DNA of 64,000 nt from Eledone cirrhosa. Its lineage: Eukaryota. A program made the position numbers and the translations under genes. Below the pieces are notes generated by a model. It had not been told where the DNA came from and did no database searches. It saw only the letters and a list, made by a program, of their open reading frames with translations. The DNA lies in NCBI GenBank assembly GCA_964016885.1, contig OZ024741.1:226176001-226240000 (forward strand). Reading direction: 5' to 3'. Shown here piece by piece: positions 14,612-29,355 of the stretch. The number at the start of each line of letters is the position of its first letter. Position 1 is the stretch's first letter.

Positions 14612-15289
14612 GAAAAAGGTGGACCTGTGCCGTCAATAATGACCTCAGTAGCGTTGACATATGGAAGGGATTAAAGGCAATATATTTTTAGGATATAATT
14701 ATATAAGTGTTCAGTATATATGTACAAATGACTTTCATAATTAAATGTAAGAGTAGCTTTAGGTTTCGAACCTATGACCCCTTCATTGGAAGGCGAAATT
14801 TTAATTGTAGCAACCTGACAGTGCTAAGAAATACCCTGTGTGTATGGTTGTATTATTGGCAGGATGTTTTTTGAATAATAAAAGACGGGTTGAAGCAACC
14901 TACAATGTATCTGTATATATATATATATATACACAGATACATATATATATGTGGGTGTGTGTATGTATGCATATATATATATATATACATATGTGTGTGT
15001 GTGTGTGTATATGTATGTATGTATATATATATGTGTGTATGTGTGTGTATGTGTATACATATATTTTTATGCGTATATTTATATATGTGTATATGTGTAT
15101 ATCTATATATGTGTATATGTTTGTATATGTATATATATATATGTATATGTGTATATAGGTGTGTGTATATGTATATATGTGTATATATATATATGTATAT
15201 ATAAGTATATATGTATATATATATATGTGTGTGGATGAGGCGAAGATAATACGTCAGCAATGATGTGTTCGTCAGAATGGCGTTATGCA

Positions 15290-15524
15290 GACAGCCAGAC
15301 ATACAGACAGATATTATAAGGGCTCGACGGCGATCGATAACCGGCGCCTAACACCCCTTTAACAACAGAAAATTAAAAAATAAAAGCGGCAGTTAGTATC
15401 TTTAGACCGCAAGGAAAATATAAATGCAAGTTTGAAGTCAATCGGAGAAGAAATGTGGATTTGTATAGACTTTGCTAAAATGAGGACACACACACACAGA
15501 CAACATCAGTTTTATACACATAGA
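15290..15524 (-). mobile_element. Helitron-type 5' terminal fragment
   Basis: Minus strand reads A|TCTATGTGTATAAAACTGATGTTGTCTGTGTG, resembling the 5' end at 16241. Shares the cccttataata motif. Confidence 0.6.
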
Positions 15525-15887
15525 TGATTTTATGCTTTGTGTTTTATACGTTGCTATTCGTGATTTTTGGCAGTCTGGGTTTGGTCCAATATTTTTGGTA
15601 TTAAATTCTGGCACAATTCTTTTGATACTGTTTTTAGAACTGGTTTTTGAAACTTATTTTTGATGTTTTGGTATGGCTGTGTGTGTTTTTAACTCCAGAT
15701 ATTTTCCGTTGTCCTTCAGCCGTTTTTATGTATATATACTTGCGTATATTTTGTACCCATTTATTCACACGGTTGTTTTTTATATATGTATGTATGTATG
15801 TGTTTGAATACGTGTTTGTATATGTATTCGAACGCATTCGCATGTGTGCGTGTATGTGTGCATGTGTGTGCGTTTATGTATATGTGT

Positions 15888-15938
<51 letters not shown>

Positions 15939-16240
15939 GTCCCGTGCGTGCGTGTGAATAGATGTTCTTGTACGTATATATATGTGTATATGTATGTATG
16001 TATGCGTGTATATGTATGTATGCGTGTATGTGTATGTATGCTTTTGTGCACGTGTTTTTATCTGTATGTATATATATCTATATATATGTATGTGTGTATG
16101 AGCTTGTTCGCGTATATGCATGTTTTCTACTTTTTATTTATTTTTTCTAGTGTTACTTTATATATTATAACCCCTCCCACTTACTTTCTCTTTGCCTTAT
16201 TTTTTATTCTTATCTTATATATTATTTCATTTATTCATCA

Positions 16241-17825
16241 TCTATATATATAAAACTGAGGATGTCTGTCTGTGTGTGTGTGAATTCGAATCCCTAAAAC
16301 TTGAGAACCACCAAACCGATTGTTTTCAAACTTTACACATGTAATACTTATGTTTCACATGTAATACTTATTCCCTAGGGACAGCATTGGGCCATTTAGC
16401 GATCTCGCTTTATAATTCTTAGTCTTTCTATTTTTAGATAGATACATACATATAACGTCGCGCCCTTATAATATCTGTCTGTATGTCTGACTGTCTGCAT
16501 TACGTCACTTCGTACAATTCGCTCTGCGTCCAGAACGCGCCCTTATAATATATGTCTGCTGCCTCCGGTTATTCAGCCACCCTTGCTCAAAACTAATCTC
16601 ACACTCATTCCCAAACAGTTGGTAAGTGCACACAACTTCTTTCTCACGTTTTAAACCACAGTGTTGCTTAGTTACATACCACCAGACTCTTACTCCTTTG
16701 CCAGCCGTCGTTGTGGTAATACTAAGCTTAGCTAAGGCGGTTATATATTCCACACAACACTAAAAATGAAAGTCGATAGCTATGTATTAGTCAGTCTCTT
16801 CTTCATACCGTGAGCAAAGAAAATCCAACTTTTAGTGGAGCGAGTGAAATAAAGTCGATCCTGCTGCGATTCAAAAATCAGGTTTGCAGGTTATATATTT
16901 CACACAACACTAAAAAGTAAAGCCGCTAAAGAAAAACATCGCTGTAATAGCTTCAGTTTGCTTACTTACGTGGCCTTACGAGAACAAAAGTTACTATTTT
17001 ACCGCTTAGAGAAGCACCAAACCGACTGTTTTCAAACTTTACACATGTAATACTTATGTTTCAGGGAGTGTAGTGAGCCAAAAAAAAAATTTAAATATTC
17101 AATGCCCTAGGGACCGCATTAGACGATTTAGCGATCACGCTCTATAATTCTTAGTCTTTCTCTTTTTAGATAGATACATACATATAACGTCGCGACCTTA
17201 TAATATTTGTCTGTATGTCTGCATTACGTCACTTCCCTGAAGATGTCTGTCTGTGTGTGTGTGTCTGTGAGTTTGAATCCCTAAAACTAGAGAAGTAACC
17301 AACCGATTTTTTTTAAACTTTACATGTGTATTACTTATGTTTCAGGGAATTCAACTTTTTTATCTCCTAGGACCAGCATTAGGGGAAAAACTGCGTTTTA
17401 AAAGATTTTTAGGTTTTTTTTTAGGCGTAACATCAGACCGATTTCCTTCAAATTGTAACTATGTATTAGTCAGTCTCTTCTTCATACCATATACAAAGAA
17501 AATCCAGCTTTCTTATGGCCTAGGGCCCGCATTAGGTGAAAAACTTCTTAGGGCTTTTTGGAGGCGTTACGTCAAGCCGATTTTCCCGAAATTTCAAGGC
17601 ATATTATGCACATAAAAAAAATTCATTTTCTTGATCCCTCATTAGGTGAAAACTTGCATTTTTCCTGCTTCTACAAGGAAAATCTTAAACATTATCCAGC
17701 CATCAGAGTATTTGGTTTATTTTCTTTACATATTGTCCAGGCATGCAGTTTTTCCATGATTAGGTCTGTTGGCGGCCCACGTTCCAAAATACTTTATCCC
17801 GTGCAACGCCGGGTACCACTGCTAG
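16241..17825 (+). mobile_element. Complete non-autonomous Helitron
   Basis: 5' A|TCTATATATATAAAA; 3' hairpin CCCGTGCAACGCCGGG (17798-17813) then CTAG|T. No TSD. Internal duplicated modules. Confidence 0.9.
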
Positions 17826-18317
17826 TATTTTATATTTGTATCGACCTTCCGTCTGACACTGCGTTGACTTTATATACTCCCTTCCCTGTATATATCACAT
17901 ACATGTATGTGGTTGCGCGTGTGTGTATGTTTATAGGCGGGCGTCCTTTCATCCTTGTATGTGTATACGTATATTTCAGCCCTTAGTCCCTGAGTCTGTA
18001 TGTACGCTAACTACATTATCTTACAATTTCTATTTTCAACACATATATATATGTATTTGTGGTCACACACACTAATATGTTTGCCCTCATGTATGTATTT
18101 ACGCACACATTTTTTCACTATACACATGTAGTTGTACATACACACACATATACATATGTATGCGCATATACAGACATTTACATACATCCCCTTACTATAT
18201 TTCTTTATTTTTATTTTTTATACATTTCTCGTATTATTACATATATTTATTTTTTGCCCGTTAAACTATTAGCCTTTTTTGAGGAGATTTTTCAAATATT
18301 TGACTATGTTTTAAATT

Positions 18318-18387
18318 GCCTTGTCTGACGAACGAATGCGGACGTTTCTTGTATCCGTCTTATTCGGGAAACCTCCGGTAATGAGGT
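18318..18387 (+). ncRNA. Type I hammerhead ribozyme
   Basis: gccttgt-CTGACGA-[cgaat..gcggac..tccgt..attcg]-GAAA-cctccgg-TA-atgaggt. Stem I has 7 pairs including G-U. Confidence 0.7.
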
Positions 18388-18414
18388 AATTATATTGTAT
18401 TGTTTATTATACAT

Positions 18415-18815
<401 letters not shown>

Positions 18816-18824
18816 ATCACATCA

Positions 18825-19650
18825 CATCATTAACAGACTTAAACATCAGCTTCTCCACACACTGGGATATTGTCGGCAGGGCTGCACCGTACAACTTCAA
18901 GAGGAAGTGCGATCTTTGCCTCATGGAGCTCTACCACATCATAACTGCACCCCACGACCTCATCTACAGCAGAGCTAAAACAGCGATAAGTTGTATACAT
19001 CGCTTAAAAATATCCTTCTTCAGATGGGTTAAGGATGAGGAGTGAAACCGTGCACCGGATCTCCCTGCAACAAGTTTTAACACCCCGGCGGGCAGGCGCT
19101 GCAAAATAACACCCAGGAGAGTAACTATGCATACCAGACCCAGCCTCAAACGACCCAGGCAAACAGGTGCGGAAAACAAACGTCTCAAAATAAGCGTTGG
19201 TTACATGACCCTGTGCGTATCGACAATGGTAAGGTTGTAACCTCATCTTGTAACGGATATAAATTTATCCGGCAAAGACTGCCCTAACACCGGCGCGAGT
19301 TACTTCCTTGACCTGCTGCAAAATCAAAACACGCTATTTTTACGACCAATGAATCTTGACGTGAACTTAACCCCAAAAACTCTTTCCGAGCAATGTAAAG
19401 AACACTTCTGGTTATTTATGCCCTTGAGAAACCCACCTGGACGAAACGTACAGGGGTGGTGTTTTAAATAAACATGTTTTAACGGTCTATTCTCCGATTT
19501 CTTACTTTTACTCTCTAGCCCACTAAATAATATACTTCGAATATTTAATACTGCCGGCACAAGTATCGAGCACCTTTGGCATACGCTACTTCGCAAATAA
19601 CTATATGTATCACCTATCCTCCCTTTTTTTCTCTCTCTCGATACGTAAAT
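18825..19650 (+). mobile_element. Penelope-like element 3' fragment (GIY-YIG C-terminus and 3' region)
   Basis: [30 protein letters not shown] matches WSLLSRANSY..CNLCSEE..ACKH at 63280-63430. Decayed HHR at 19420-19456. Confidence 0.75.
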
Positions 19651-19651
19651 A

Positions 19652-19753
<102 letters not shown>

Positions 19754-19757
19754 TATG

Positions 19758-20768
19758 CTCCCGCCAGGAAAAAAGCTCGTTGAGAAAGTAAACTCCGTTC
19801 CGCTTACTCTAGTAGGCTTTTATATTTATATGTGAGCTGATAGAGTACAGTCTAAGGATTTACAGAAACCCATGAAGCTAGATTTAACACCTGTCTAGTG
19901 GGTCCGGGTATGATTTTACATTCATTTAAATTATTGACGTATTGTTTTATTGATATGTTTTATCTGTTTGTCCCGAATCTTCTATTATCGATTTTTTATC
20001 GTATGGTTGATTGTAGACTTGTTCTATATGTGACGGTATTTTAACGATAGTTATAGCTCTGATTCATCTGAATTATTGAGCCCTCTGCCGCTCATTTCGA
20101 ATTTTGTTTATCGTGAACTCGTGCGCCGATTTTTCGATACTCGATCTTTCTAATATTTTTAGCTCTGGACATAGCTATCCACCAGTTAATTTTATTGCTC
20201 ATTTTTTGTCGATTCTATTGAGTGATGAATAGCTTTTGTTTTATTTTAACATGTCTATTGAGCACTCTTATTCGATATGTGTATTTCCACATTCCCTCGA
20301 ATTGTTTTCGCGGATATAGAGGTTATCTCCCTTGTCTAATGCCATGTGCGTTTTTCACTGGTAGTTAGCCCCTCTCCCGCCAGGAAAAAAGCTCGTTGAG
20401 AAAGTAAACTCCGTTCCGCTTACTCTAGTAGGCTTTTATATTTATATGTGAGCTGATAGAGTACAGTCTAAGGATTTACAGAAACCCATGAAGCTAGATT
20501 TAACACCTGTCTAGTGGGTCCGGGTATGATTTTACATTCATTTAAATTATTGACGTATTGTTTTATTGATATTTTTTATCTGTTTGTCCCGAATCTTCTA
20601 TTATCGATTTTTTATCGTATGGTTGATTGTAGACTTGTTCTATATGTGACGGTATTTTAACGATAGTTATAGCTCTGATTCATCTGAATTATTGAGCCCT
20701 CTGCCGCTCATTTCGAATTTTGTTTATCGTGAACTCGTGCGCCGATTTTTCGATACTCGATCTTTCTA

Positions 20769-20772
<4 letters not shown>
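19758..20772 (+). repeat. Partial tandem: 399-bp direct repeats (19758-20156 and 20374-20772), period 616 bp
   Basis: Copies are near-identical (one substitution seen). Flanked by (TA)n. Each copy has an HHR-like motif. Confidence 0.95.
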
Positions 20773-20810
<38 letters not shown>

Positions 20811-21172
20811 ATATATTATATATATATATATATTATATAATATATATATTGAAACTTATTTTTGATGTTTTGGTATGGCTGTGTGTGATTATCTTAGGCT
20901 ATGTATATGTGTGTTATGTTGGTATGTTATATATATATATACAAATATTAACGGAGTCTATAGACTTGCGTTAGTCCCTGTAAATTATGTGCTCAAAGGA
21001 AAATGAATCCTGGACTCTTCAAAATACAATATGTAGAAAGGATAACACACTAGAGGGAGAGAGTGTGTGCGATCAATAAACAGGGAAACCCCCAGTGTAT
21101 GGAATCTACAAACTACGGAAGGTGGGGTAGACACATAATAATTAAAAATATAAATCAAAATGAATATACCCA

Positions 21173-21295
<123 letters not shown>

Positions 21296-21714
21296 TGATG
21301 ATTGAATATGTCCATGTCACGATGACAAAAGTATTCTATATATGCAAATGAATGTTCATATGTATGAATTTATGTGTGTATATATGTGTGCATGTATGTG
21401 CGTAAATATGTGTATGTCTACTTCTGCGTGAGTACATTTTAACTAGTATGTTTGTATGTAATATGATCACATTTTTTCTAAAGCAGCGGAAATATAGTAA
21501 CTTATAAATCTAAAGTTAAGATTGTAATAGAGGGCATTATAGTAGTAGTGGTGTAATGGTGGTGACGGCGTTGGTGGTGGCGTTAGTGGTGGGGCCGGTA
21601 ATGGTGGTGGTGGTGGCGTTAGTGGTGGGGCCGGTGATGGTGGTGGTGGTGGTGGTGATGGTAGTAGTAGTAGCAGTAGCAGCACCATCACCACCAGTAG
21701 TAGTAGTAGTGCAA

Positions 21715-21933
21715 ATATTGGTTTCTGATTTGGGAATAAGGCCAGCAATTTGTGGGTGAGACATTCGATTATGCCGACCTGAGTACTTTACTGGTACTAT
21801 ATTTTATCGACCTCGAAGAGATGAACGACAAAGCCGATCTCGGTTAAATTGGAATTCATAACGTAAAGAGCCATAACAAAATACCGAAAAGAAATCTGTC
21901 CAACATCTTAACGATTCCACCAAGCCGCAACCC
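21715..21933 (-). mobile_element. SINE family A, long variant
   Basis: aaggccagcaattt..ctggtactatattttatcgacc..ggatgaa core. Confidence 0.75.
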
Positions 21934-22743
21934 TTCTAGTAGTACATATAATGGCGTGAGTCATTGATTCGTTTACGGTTTACTACATGGGACGTTGGTG
22001 GTGTGCAGTGCTTTCTAGATCAATATATCATGTAAGGTTGGTGAATAGTACGTGGTTTCCTTGAGGTGATAAGAGAATGAAACATGTATCTTCTAGCCTT
22101 CGTTTAGATATTTGTAATAGGTGACATACTATTAGGAGTAGTATATGTTGATGTGTAGCCGTGTAGAAATGCATCTAATAATGGAATTTAGCAAACGGTT
22201 ACTACCTTAGAAAAAGTGTAGCATTGACATTTAACAAGAGCTGATAACGCATCAGATATTACGAAGCATAAAATAATTCATAAGCGTTAGGGAATTGTTA
22301 CGCCGAATGTACTATAGATATCAACAAGATTGTCAACATGAAAAATACCTAGAGCTATTACCATGAATATCCGACATGAATGTCTAAGTTAAAATCGCTG
22401 GGAACATCACAGCTAGTATCCTGTCCAGAACGATCGCAGAATTTAACAAATTTACGTCCACCTCAAAATTTTGTAGTTCTATTATCTTTTCTAACTGCAC
22501 AATACAGAGGACAAAATTGGCCCCTTAAAAGCCAACAAAAGAATTCCTACGTGGTCACAACACTATCTAGAAATACAAACCAGATCTCACTCGAACTAAA
22601 TTCTAAAATCTTAACGAAACTTAAGGCAAATATTATTGACGATAAACAAACAAAACCTGTCTTAAAATAGGACCAGATCAATATACAACTGGTTGACTGA
22701 ACTTCTAACTGATGATAAAAGCTTCCAAGAAATATTGTTCCCA

Positions 22744-23300
<557 letters not shown>

Positions 23301-23369
23301 AACCAGTAAGACCCCGACAGCTGAGCTCAAGCCGTTTCGACGGCTAATTCTGGACTCAGAGTAAAACGC

Positions 23370-23409
<40 letters not shown>

Positions 23410-23593
23410 GCGTTTTACTCTTTTTTTTCTTCTCTTACCTGTTCCGGCCATCAGCCTGAGGCCATGCTGGGGCATCCCCCCTTTATCTATATTTTAATTT
23501 TTTTATTTTTGTTTTCGGATATTCCGAACTATTAACCTAATATATCCCTTCCATGTACTGTACCAATTGTGTTGTTATTTCTGTTTACCTTTT

Positions 23594-23641
<48 letters not shown>

Positions 23642-23648
23642 GTATATA

Positions 23649-23681
<33 letters not shown>

Positions 23682-24047
23682 TGTAATAATAATAAATGTG
23701 AAAACTAAAATCCAAAGAGGGCTCGATAAAGATAAATATATATCAAATATATAAGAACCATAGAGCAAACATTTGTTAAAATAACAGTTTAAAGTTTAAG
23801 AAAAGAATCGCTGCTTTGACCCTAACGGGATCTTCTGAAACTAAAAAAATCAGTCTGTGAACACAGAAGTAAATATTTCGAAAAACGTTGCAACCGAAGG
23901 AAGACAGGAAGACGATACTCTGTTTCGTGAAGACGTTCCCTGGCAATGAACGGAAAAAAGCGAAGATAATACGTCGTTATGTGGATCGTTGAGAACAATT
24001 ACACGCAAAGACAAAACCACGTTTATACCATAAATTTTAATCTATTA

Positions 24048-24101
<54 letters not shown>

Positions 24102-24491
24102 AAAATATAAAACAATCAAATGTTAGCTTATTCATTTTATTTCTGGCGATCGTTTCTTCCAGACAACTGTCTGGAATCATCGCAGCATACACAATGTTTA
24201 CAAGTAATTATAAACCTAGTGTTCGGAACATACATAAAGATACATTACTATTGACACTGTCAGTGATCTCATATTGAAAAGGAAGAGTGAAGAAATAATT
24301 TTATGTTATACAGATATCAAAGTATTAGGAGATGTTGTGAAGAGGTTATTACATAAAACAAAAATATCGAGCATATTATATCGAAAGTTATGCATAAAGG
24401 TAATTGTGTAGTGCTTAATACTATTCTTTCATATTCATAATTATACATAACTCATATATAGGTATAACTTTTATTATTATTATTTTCATTA

Positions 24492-24524
<33 letters not shown>

Positions 24525-24527
<3 letters not shown>

Positions 24528-26370
24528 TGGCGTAGCTAGGGTGTGGCAAGCAGGGCACATGCCACGGGTGCCATATTTAGGGGGGCGCAATTTCGACCTG
24601 GATCGATTTGCATCCATGTCGTTTTTATCATTTTTTAAATATAACCCAAAAATGAAGTATGTGATTTCTTGATAGCCGACTTCCACGCCATGTCTAGTGC
24701 ACTATACAGAGCAGATGTATGATTTGACTTCACAAAAACGCCCCCCCCCCCCCCCCGCTCCACACTGACAGCAGGGTGGGTTGCAATTACGCGGGTGCTA
24801 TTTTTAGCTATACATTGCAAAACAGTGGATACCTCACTTGACCCCTATACACACGCACATACGCCCACACTGACTGAAGGGACGTAGTTTTGGACGTGCA
24901 ACCGGTGGACACGCAGGCGCTATTTTTAGCAATGCATTGCAATGACCAATACAAGAAAATTATAATTATGAAGCTGGTTTACAAAGTAGGGTAGTTTGTC
25001 TTTTACAACTGGTACATAAGACGTATGGCAAAGGTATCATAATCTAAATGGCTAGATAGGATCGGATACCTTCTATTAGGAAATCAATTTGACTCCAGTT
25101 GAGATGGTTCAATGTTTTCTTCTATAATACAGTTCGTCAGAATTTATTAAATCGTATCCAAAAAGCAAGATACTATGGTCTGCTGATTGATTCGACCCCT
25201 GACCAGGCGCACCGAGAACAACTGTCAGAAGTTGTGCGATATGTCGATGTTGATTTCAATACGAAGACGGTCATTGTGAGGGAATCTTTTCTTGGATTCA
25301 TTCAAGTAATCAAAAAAGATGCCGCAAGCCTTGTTGAAACAATCGTGAAAGAGCTAGAAAGAGATGACATACCACTGAAGAACGATTGCAGTGCAATGCT
25401 GCCATAATGGGCACCGCAGTGGGGTTCAGCTGAGAATGAGAGAGAAGAATAATTTGATTCACTTCGTTAATTGCGATAACCATTCACTTAATCTGGCTGG
25501 TATTCATGCAGCCAAAAACGATTCTGCTATGATGAACTTTTTTAGTTGCATTGACGCGTTATACAACTTTTTTTCTCGTTCAACACGACGATGGGAAGCC
25601 CTTAAAGAAGTTGCTCCAGTGATTGTTAAATATCCTTCCGACACGCGGTGAAGTGCTAGATGTACCGCAGTCAGACCGGTGGCGAATTATTTGACGCTGA
25701 TTGTTCAAGTTCTCGAAAAAATTAGTGATGATGAAACAGAGACATGCGAGATTAGAAGTGATGCCAGTGATCTCCATAATCGGATACTGAATTATGAATT
25801 CCTGAACTTGATTGGATTCTGGAACACGATTCTCTCATGATTTGACAGGGTTCAAAAGAGACTTCAAGATCCAAGAATGAATTTTCACGATGCTGCAGCT
25901 GATATAGGAGCCCTTCAACTTTATTTTAAAGAAGAAGGAACATCTTTAATCCACGAGTCTCTTCAAATGGGCTTCGACCTCTGCCAGAAATGGAATGTCG
26001 ATTTTCCGAGGAGGCGAGGAAGACGACAAACCAATACCGAAATTACTGAGGACATCCAGGTGGCTACCAGAAAAGAGATAGAGAGAGCAATGCAAAGTTC
26101 ATTCAATCGTCTTCAAACAGAAATGGAAGAACGGTTTATTCGACTTAAGGAAACCGACTCAAGTTTTGGCTTTCTTCTTGATGTCAACTATCTGTTTTAT
26201 TTGGCTGCTCCTGATAACCTTGTCCTTAAAAAAAGGTGCAACAGTCTTGCGGAACTATACAACTCCGACATCGACGAAGAGCAATTGTATGAGGAAAATA
26301 TACTTTTTGAGGGGGGGGGGAGCAATGTTGATGCTTGCCCTGGGCGCCGTTTACCCTAGCTACGCCACTG
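24525..26370 (+). mobile_element. hAT DNA transposon, internally deleted, with decayed transposase (ZMYM1/Tip100-like)
   Basis: Perfect 18-bp TIRs CAGTGGCGTAGCTAGGGT / ACCCTAGCTACGCCACTG, with TATATATA on both sides. Fragments YYGLLIDSTPDQAHREQLS, CDNHSLNL, SDTR*SAR at 25099-26310. Confidence 0.92.
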
Positions 26371-26416
26371 TATATATATATATATATGTTTATATATATA
26401 TGTTTGTGTATATGTT

Positions 26417-26455
<39 letters not shown>

Positions 26456-26457
26456 GT

Positions 26458-26695
26458 ATTGGTAAACGGAATAGAAAATGCTGACAAATTGTTCACAGTT
26501 GAAAAATGGTTTAATTAGGAATAAAAGAGTATTAGTGATTGTATGGGTTAGTATTCAGTTGTGGTTTTAAGTTTTAAAAACTTAAAACCACAACTGAATA
26601 CTAACCCATACAATCACTAATACTCTTTTATTCCTAATTAAACCATTTTTCAACTGTGAACAATTTGTCAGCATTTTCTATTCCGTTTACCAATA
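26458..26695. repeat. Near-perfect palindrome, ~118-bp arms with almost no loop
   Basis: attggtaaacggaatagaaaatgc... is mirrored by ...gcattttctattccgtttaccaat; centre near 26576. Confidence 0.95.
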
Positions 26696-27199
26696 TATAA
26701 TAACTTGTGTGTTACACCTCTATTCTTTTAACTATACATATATATATACACATATATATATATATATACATATATAAATAAATGAATAAAAAAATACATA
26801 TATATATATATATAGCTATCAAAAATTCTGAATTCATCAGGAATAACAACCACAAATCAGCAAGTCAAAGTATTTCAGTAATTTAATATTTCAATGTAAA
26901 CATAAATGGTGTAGATTTCATGATTCACTGTTACATCGACTACAAAAGTACGACACAATCTCGTTAGTTGAACACGTATTTTCCACATGAAGCCATTAGA
27001 CCATATTGATTGCGGAGCAAAACTAGATGGAAAAATATTAGTTGATAAGACTACCACCCTATATATATTTTGGCAACAAATTTGGATTAATTATAGAAGT
27101 ATTATTTGCAAAAGGGTGATGGTTGAAGCTCTGTCAGATCCGACGACGAGTGTTCCAGTTCCTCGAATAATGGAAGAGCGTTGTTTGTGTATCTTAACC

Positions 27200-27405
27200 T
27201 AGTTCACGGGTGATTCATCGGGACTAGGTGTATAACAAGAATGGCCTTCAGAATTACTGGTGCAACAGGAGTAGCCCCGAGCAAGCTGGTGGGATAACAT
27301 CCATGAACTTGGCTTGTCACGACCGGGGAGCCAGGCGGATCAGTTGAAGAAGAAGAAGAAGAAGAAGAAGAAGAAGAAGAAGAAGAAGAAGAAAAAGAAG
27401 AAGAG
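27200..27405 (+). mobile_element. LINE (RTE-like) 3' end with (GAA)n tail
   Basis: LACHDRGARRIS resembles the C-terminal DRxxWR motif; (GAA)n follows directly. Confidence 0.5.
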
Positions 27406-27792
27406 CAACAACAACAACAACAACGACGACGACGACGACGACGACGTGAAATAATGTTTTCCTCAAGATCGAATTCACGACTGCAAGATCCAGAACCGAA
27501 ATAAATGTTAATACAGAACTATATGTAAAATATACTATGAAAGTAATCAAGAGTTAAGCTGTAAGCTATTTAAAATCCAGCGATGATGAATGAATCAGCC
27601 AGAATACTTGCTGCTACATTCCGAAGAGGAGACTGAAAAAAATCATGAAACTTTAATGAATTTAGAAACTAAATACGAACGGCTAATAAGGAAATATGAA
27701 AATGCTGTCATCACTGAAACAAAACATGTTACCATATACAAACACTTACACACACGTGCTTACAAAGTATGTAATATTCCTATATACACTTG

Positions 27793-27843
<51 letters not shown>

Positions 27844-27992
27844 ATACTTTGGGAGGGTCATGTTGCCAATAAGAAACACACGCACCAGTTGTTTCACTTC
27901 AATTTATTATATATTTATAAATTTATAAGTTTATAAATTTATAAATTTCTGGTTGGTTGTTTGGTTCCACAACCAGATAGTTGTTTATATAT

Positions 27993-28037
27993 AGTCATAG
28001 TTCTTTCGTCACACACTCTGTGACCTCTTCAGTGACC
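27993..28037 (-). ncRNA. Minimal type I hammerhead ribozyme
   Basis: Minus strand: ggtca-CTGAAGA-ggtcaca gagtg tgtgac-GAAA-gaac-TA-tgact. Confidence 0.65.
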
Positions 28038-28265
28038 CTCCCAAAGTATAACAATATCGGTTTCAACACACGATTTCAGATAAAGAATCTTGCTAAACAA
28101 ATTCAGAAACGAAATATATATATATGAATATATATATATGTAGGAGGTGAGTTTTATTGTAGTACAATAAAGCAATGCAGATATCGGATAAGAAGCACAC
28201 TACAATTTGTAGGACTGGAGTATACATAATATATAAGATAAAAAAATGGTTAAAAGAGTTCCATG

Positions 28266-28336
28266 TATTTTATTATGCACATTTCAAAAACAAATATCAT
28301 CATACAATAATATTTGTGTTTTCATCAGATAAAATA
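28266..28336 (-). ncRNA. Type I hammerhead ribozyme (inverted copy)
   Basis: tattttat-CTGATGA-aaacacaaatatt..atatttgtttt-GAAA-tgtgca-TA-ataaaata. Confidence 0.85.
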
Positions 28337-28444
28337 GAAAGACATGATATGAAGGTTAAAAAACAATTATGAATAGTGCAGTTATATGTTGATTTAAAAC
28401 TGCACTATTCACAAGTGTTTTTTAACCTTCATACCATGTCTTCC

Positions 28445-28515
28445 TATTTTATCTGATGAAAACACAAATATTATTGCATGATGATATTTGTTTTTGAAAT
28501 GCGCATAATAAAATA
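28445..28515 (+). ncRNA. Type I hammerhead ribozyme
   Basis: tattttat-CTGATGA-long stem II-GAAA-tgcgca (palindromic)-TA-ataaaata. Stem I is a perfect 8 bp. Confidence 0.9.
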
Positions 28516-28644
28516 CATGGAACTCTTTTAACCATCTTTTGATCTTATATATTATGAATATATATATATATATATATGAATATATATATATATATATGAA
28601 TATATATATATATAAATGAATATATATATATATATATATATAAA

Positions 28645-28684
<40 letters not shown>

Positions 28685-28688
<4 letters not shown>

Positions 28689-28844
28689 TATATATTACAC
28701 AAAGAGAAATGTGTTACACAGTGAGAAGTGTGTAAAGAATTATTTCAAGTGATTTTACCGTTACTGTAACGGTAAAATCACTTGAATTATTCTTTACACA
28801 CTTCTCACTGTGTAACATATTTCTCTTTGTGTAATATATACTTA
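28685..28844. repeat. Near-perfect palindrome, ~80-bp arms
   Basis: Centre ttaccgttac-t-gtaacggtaa at 28765. Confidence 0.95.
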
Positions 28845-28884
28845 CATTTGAGCTCGGAAGGAAATTCTCTATTCTTCTTTGAGC

Positions 28885-28916
<32 letters not shown>

Positions 28917-28949
28917 TGAACTGCAGAATACTCTTAATTCCGATTTTTG

Positions 28950-28980
<31 letters not shown>

Positions 28981-28982
28981 GA

Positions 28983-29065
<83 letters not shown>

Positions 29066-29070
29066 TGGAA

Positions 29071-29281
29071 CGATCGATTTTCGTCAAATCAGACCGAGGA
29101 AACAATGTTCCGTTGGTCTTTCCAATTGCTAATACTATCTATCGGTCGCAACTCCAGGTAGAAGGAGCAATGTGAATAAAGTGTCTTGCTCAAGGACATA
29201 ACGCATCGCCTGGTTCAGGAATCGAACTCACAATCTCACAATTGCGATTCCAGTTCTCTAATCACTCAGCCACACGCCTTC

Positions 29282-29282
<1 letters not shown>
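29071..29282 (-). mobile_element. SINE family B'
   Basis: Homologous to 14401-14611; tRNA-like A and B boxes on the minus strand. Confidence 0.85.

Positions 29283-29355
<73 letters not shown>

Noticed and set aside
27572-27640. Possible minus-strand terminal exon (tttttttcAG then SPLRNVAASILADSFIIAGF*)
   Set aside because: Short, with no recognisable homology and no partner exons found; could be chance.
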